A stretch of 64,000 nt of DNA from Phoronis australis (Eukaryota > Animalia > Phoronida), in contig NMRA01000039.1 in NCBI GenBank assembly GCA_002633005.1, positions 24,871 to 88,870 on the forward strand, given 5' to 3'. Shown in pieces: positions 63,303 through 64,000 of the stretch (positions within the stretch are counted from its first letter, which is position 1; every line of letters starts with the position of its first letter). A program made the position numbers and the translations under genes. Under the pieces are notes generated by a model. That model was given only the letters and a program-made list of their open reading frames with translations. It was not told the origin of the DNA and made no database searches.

Positions 63303-63773
63303 TTAAGCAACAGCAAACAACATGTGTCTGACGTTTATTGCGGCATTGTAGTTATACACAGTACTCTGGAGCGGCCCCATATTCTCTGAATTCTCTGGCC
63401 TTACGATGCTTAGTCGAATACGGATACGTGAAAGGAAGGCACACAACGCTATAGAATCGGTTTACCATAGACTTGCAAGAAAGCAATAAAGAAAAACTGT
63501 TCATAAAAGATACAATCATATATTTCATTGTCATTTATGTGCCTGCACTGTGCCAGAACTTTGAGCACCTACATTTTTAGAGAAAACTGACAGTAGGCCA
63601 CTGCAATTCATCGAACAATGTTAACTCATTCGTTTGCAAAATGTTTACTAAAAACAAAAAGGTACTATATCACACAAAACACATGCACATTAAAAAGACA
63701 GATACAACACAGCCTCGTTTTTTAAACAGGTATCTGGCCAGCTGCCTAAAAATAAGAACGAAATATTACTTAC

Positions 63774-63903
63774 TTGGCTTGCAATTGTACATCAGGTTTA
63801 ATATCTTCACGTCCCGGAAACTCAATCCTTTGCTTTTTCCAATCACATTCTGCTTGCTTGGGTCCAGAGTCACAATTGTCCTTTTTCCATTTTTCGAAAA
63901 AGC
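63774..63903 (-). CDS. Astacin gene B exon encoding the C-terminal part of the catalytic domain
   Basis: [43 protein letters not shown] (AFS.NG..TI and LS..D...N.MY.C motifs); atcag acceptor, gtaagt donor; 130 nt, phase 0/1. Confidence 0.95.
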
Positions 63904-64000
63904 CTGATATACGGAATATCTAGATTACCATCAAAATTAAAATATCAATCGTTACATTGATTCACACCTTTTCCTAGCACCTTTGTTGAGACCTTCAACA

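Overview
Repeat-rich animal genomic DNA (spliceosomal introns, AT-rich; most consistent with a marine invertebrate), not a prokaryotic window. The only host genes I can support are two partial minus-strand astacin (M12A) zinc-metalloprotease genes. Gene A (TATA ~19700, six exons 19641->5389) encodes signal peptide, pro-domain and catalytic domain through HEIGHAAGFYH and the SMMHY Met-turn. Gene B (three exons 63903->59279) encodes the end of an astacin domain, a short EGF-like module and an ShKT domain. All exons were reconstructed by hand with GT-AG sites and matching phases. The rest is mostly decayed transposons: three Sola3-like relics, an Academ element with intact ends and TSD, several THAP-bearing Kolobok-like and P-like elements, and hAT, Harbinger, Copia, LINE, SINE and MITE fragments. 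Most notable: (1) roughly 10-fold excess of TACATGTA, seen as a 6-nt insertion at TA when repeat copies are compared, i.e. candidate Tc1/mariner-type excision footprints; (2) a ~10-kb interrupted palindrome (34314-44339) in which flanking DNA is mirrored around a long-TIR Sola3-like element; (3) the two astacin halves are exactly complementary, so tandem paralogs, exon loss and misassembly must be distinguished. All identities and counts are by eye; no searches were run.
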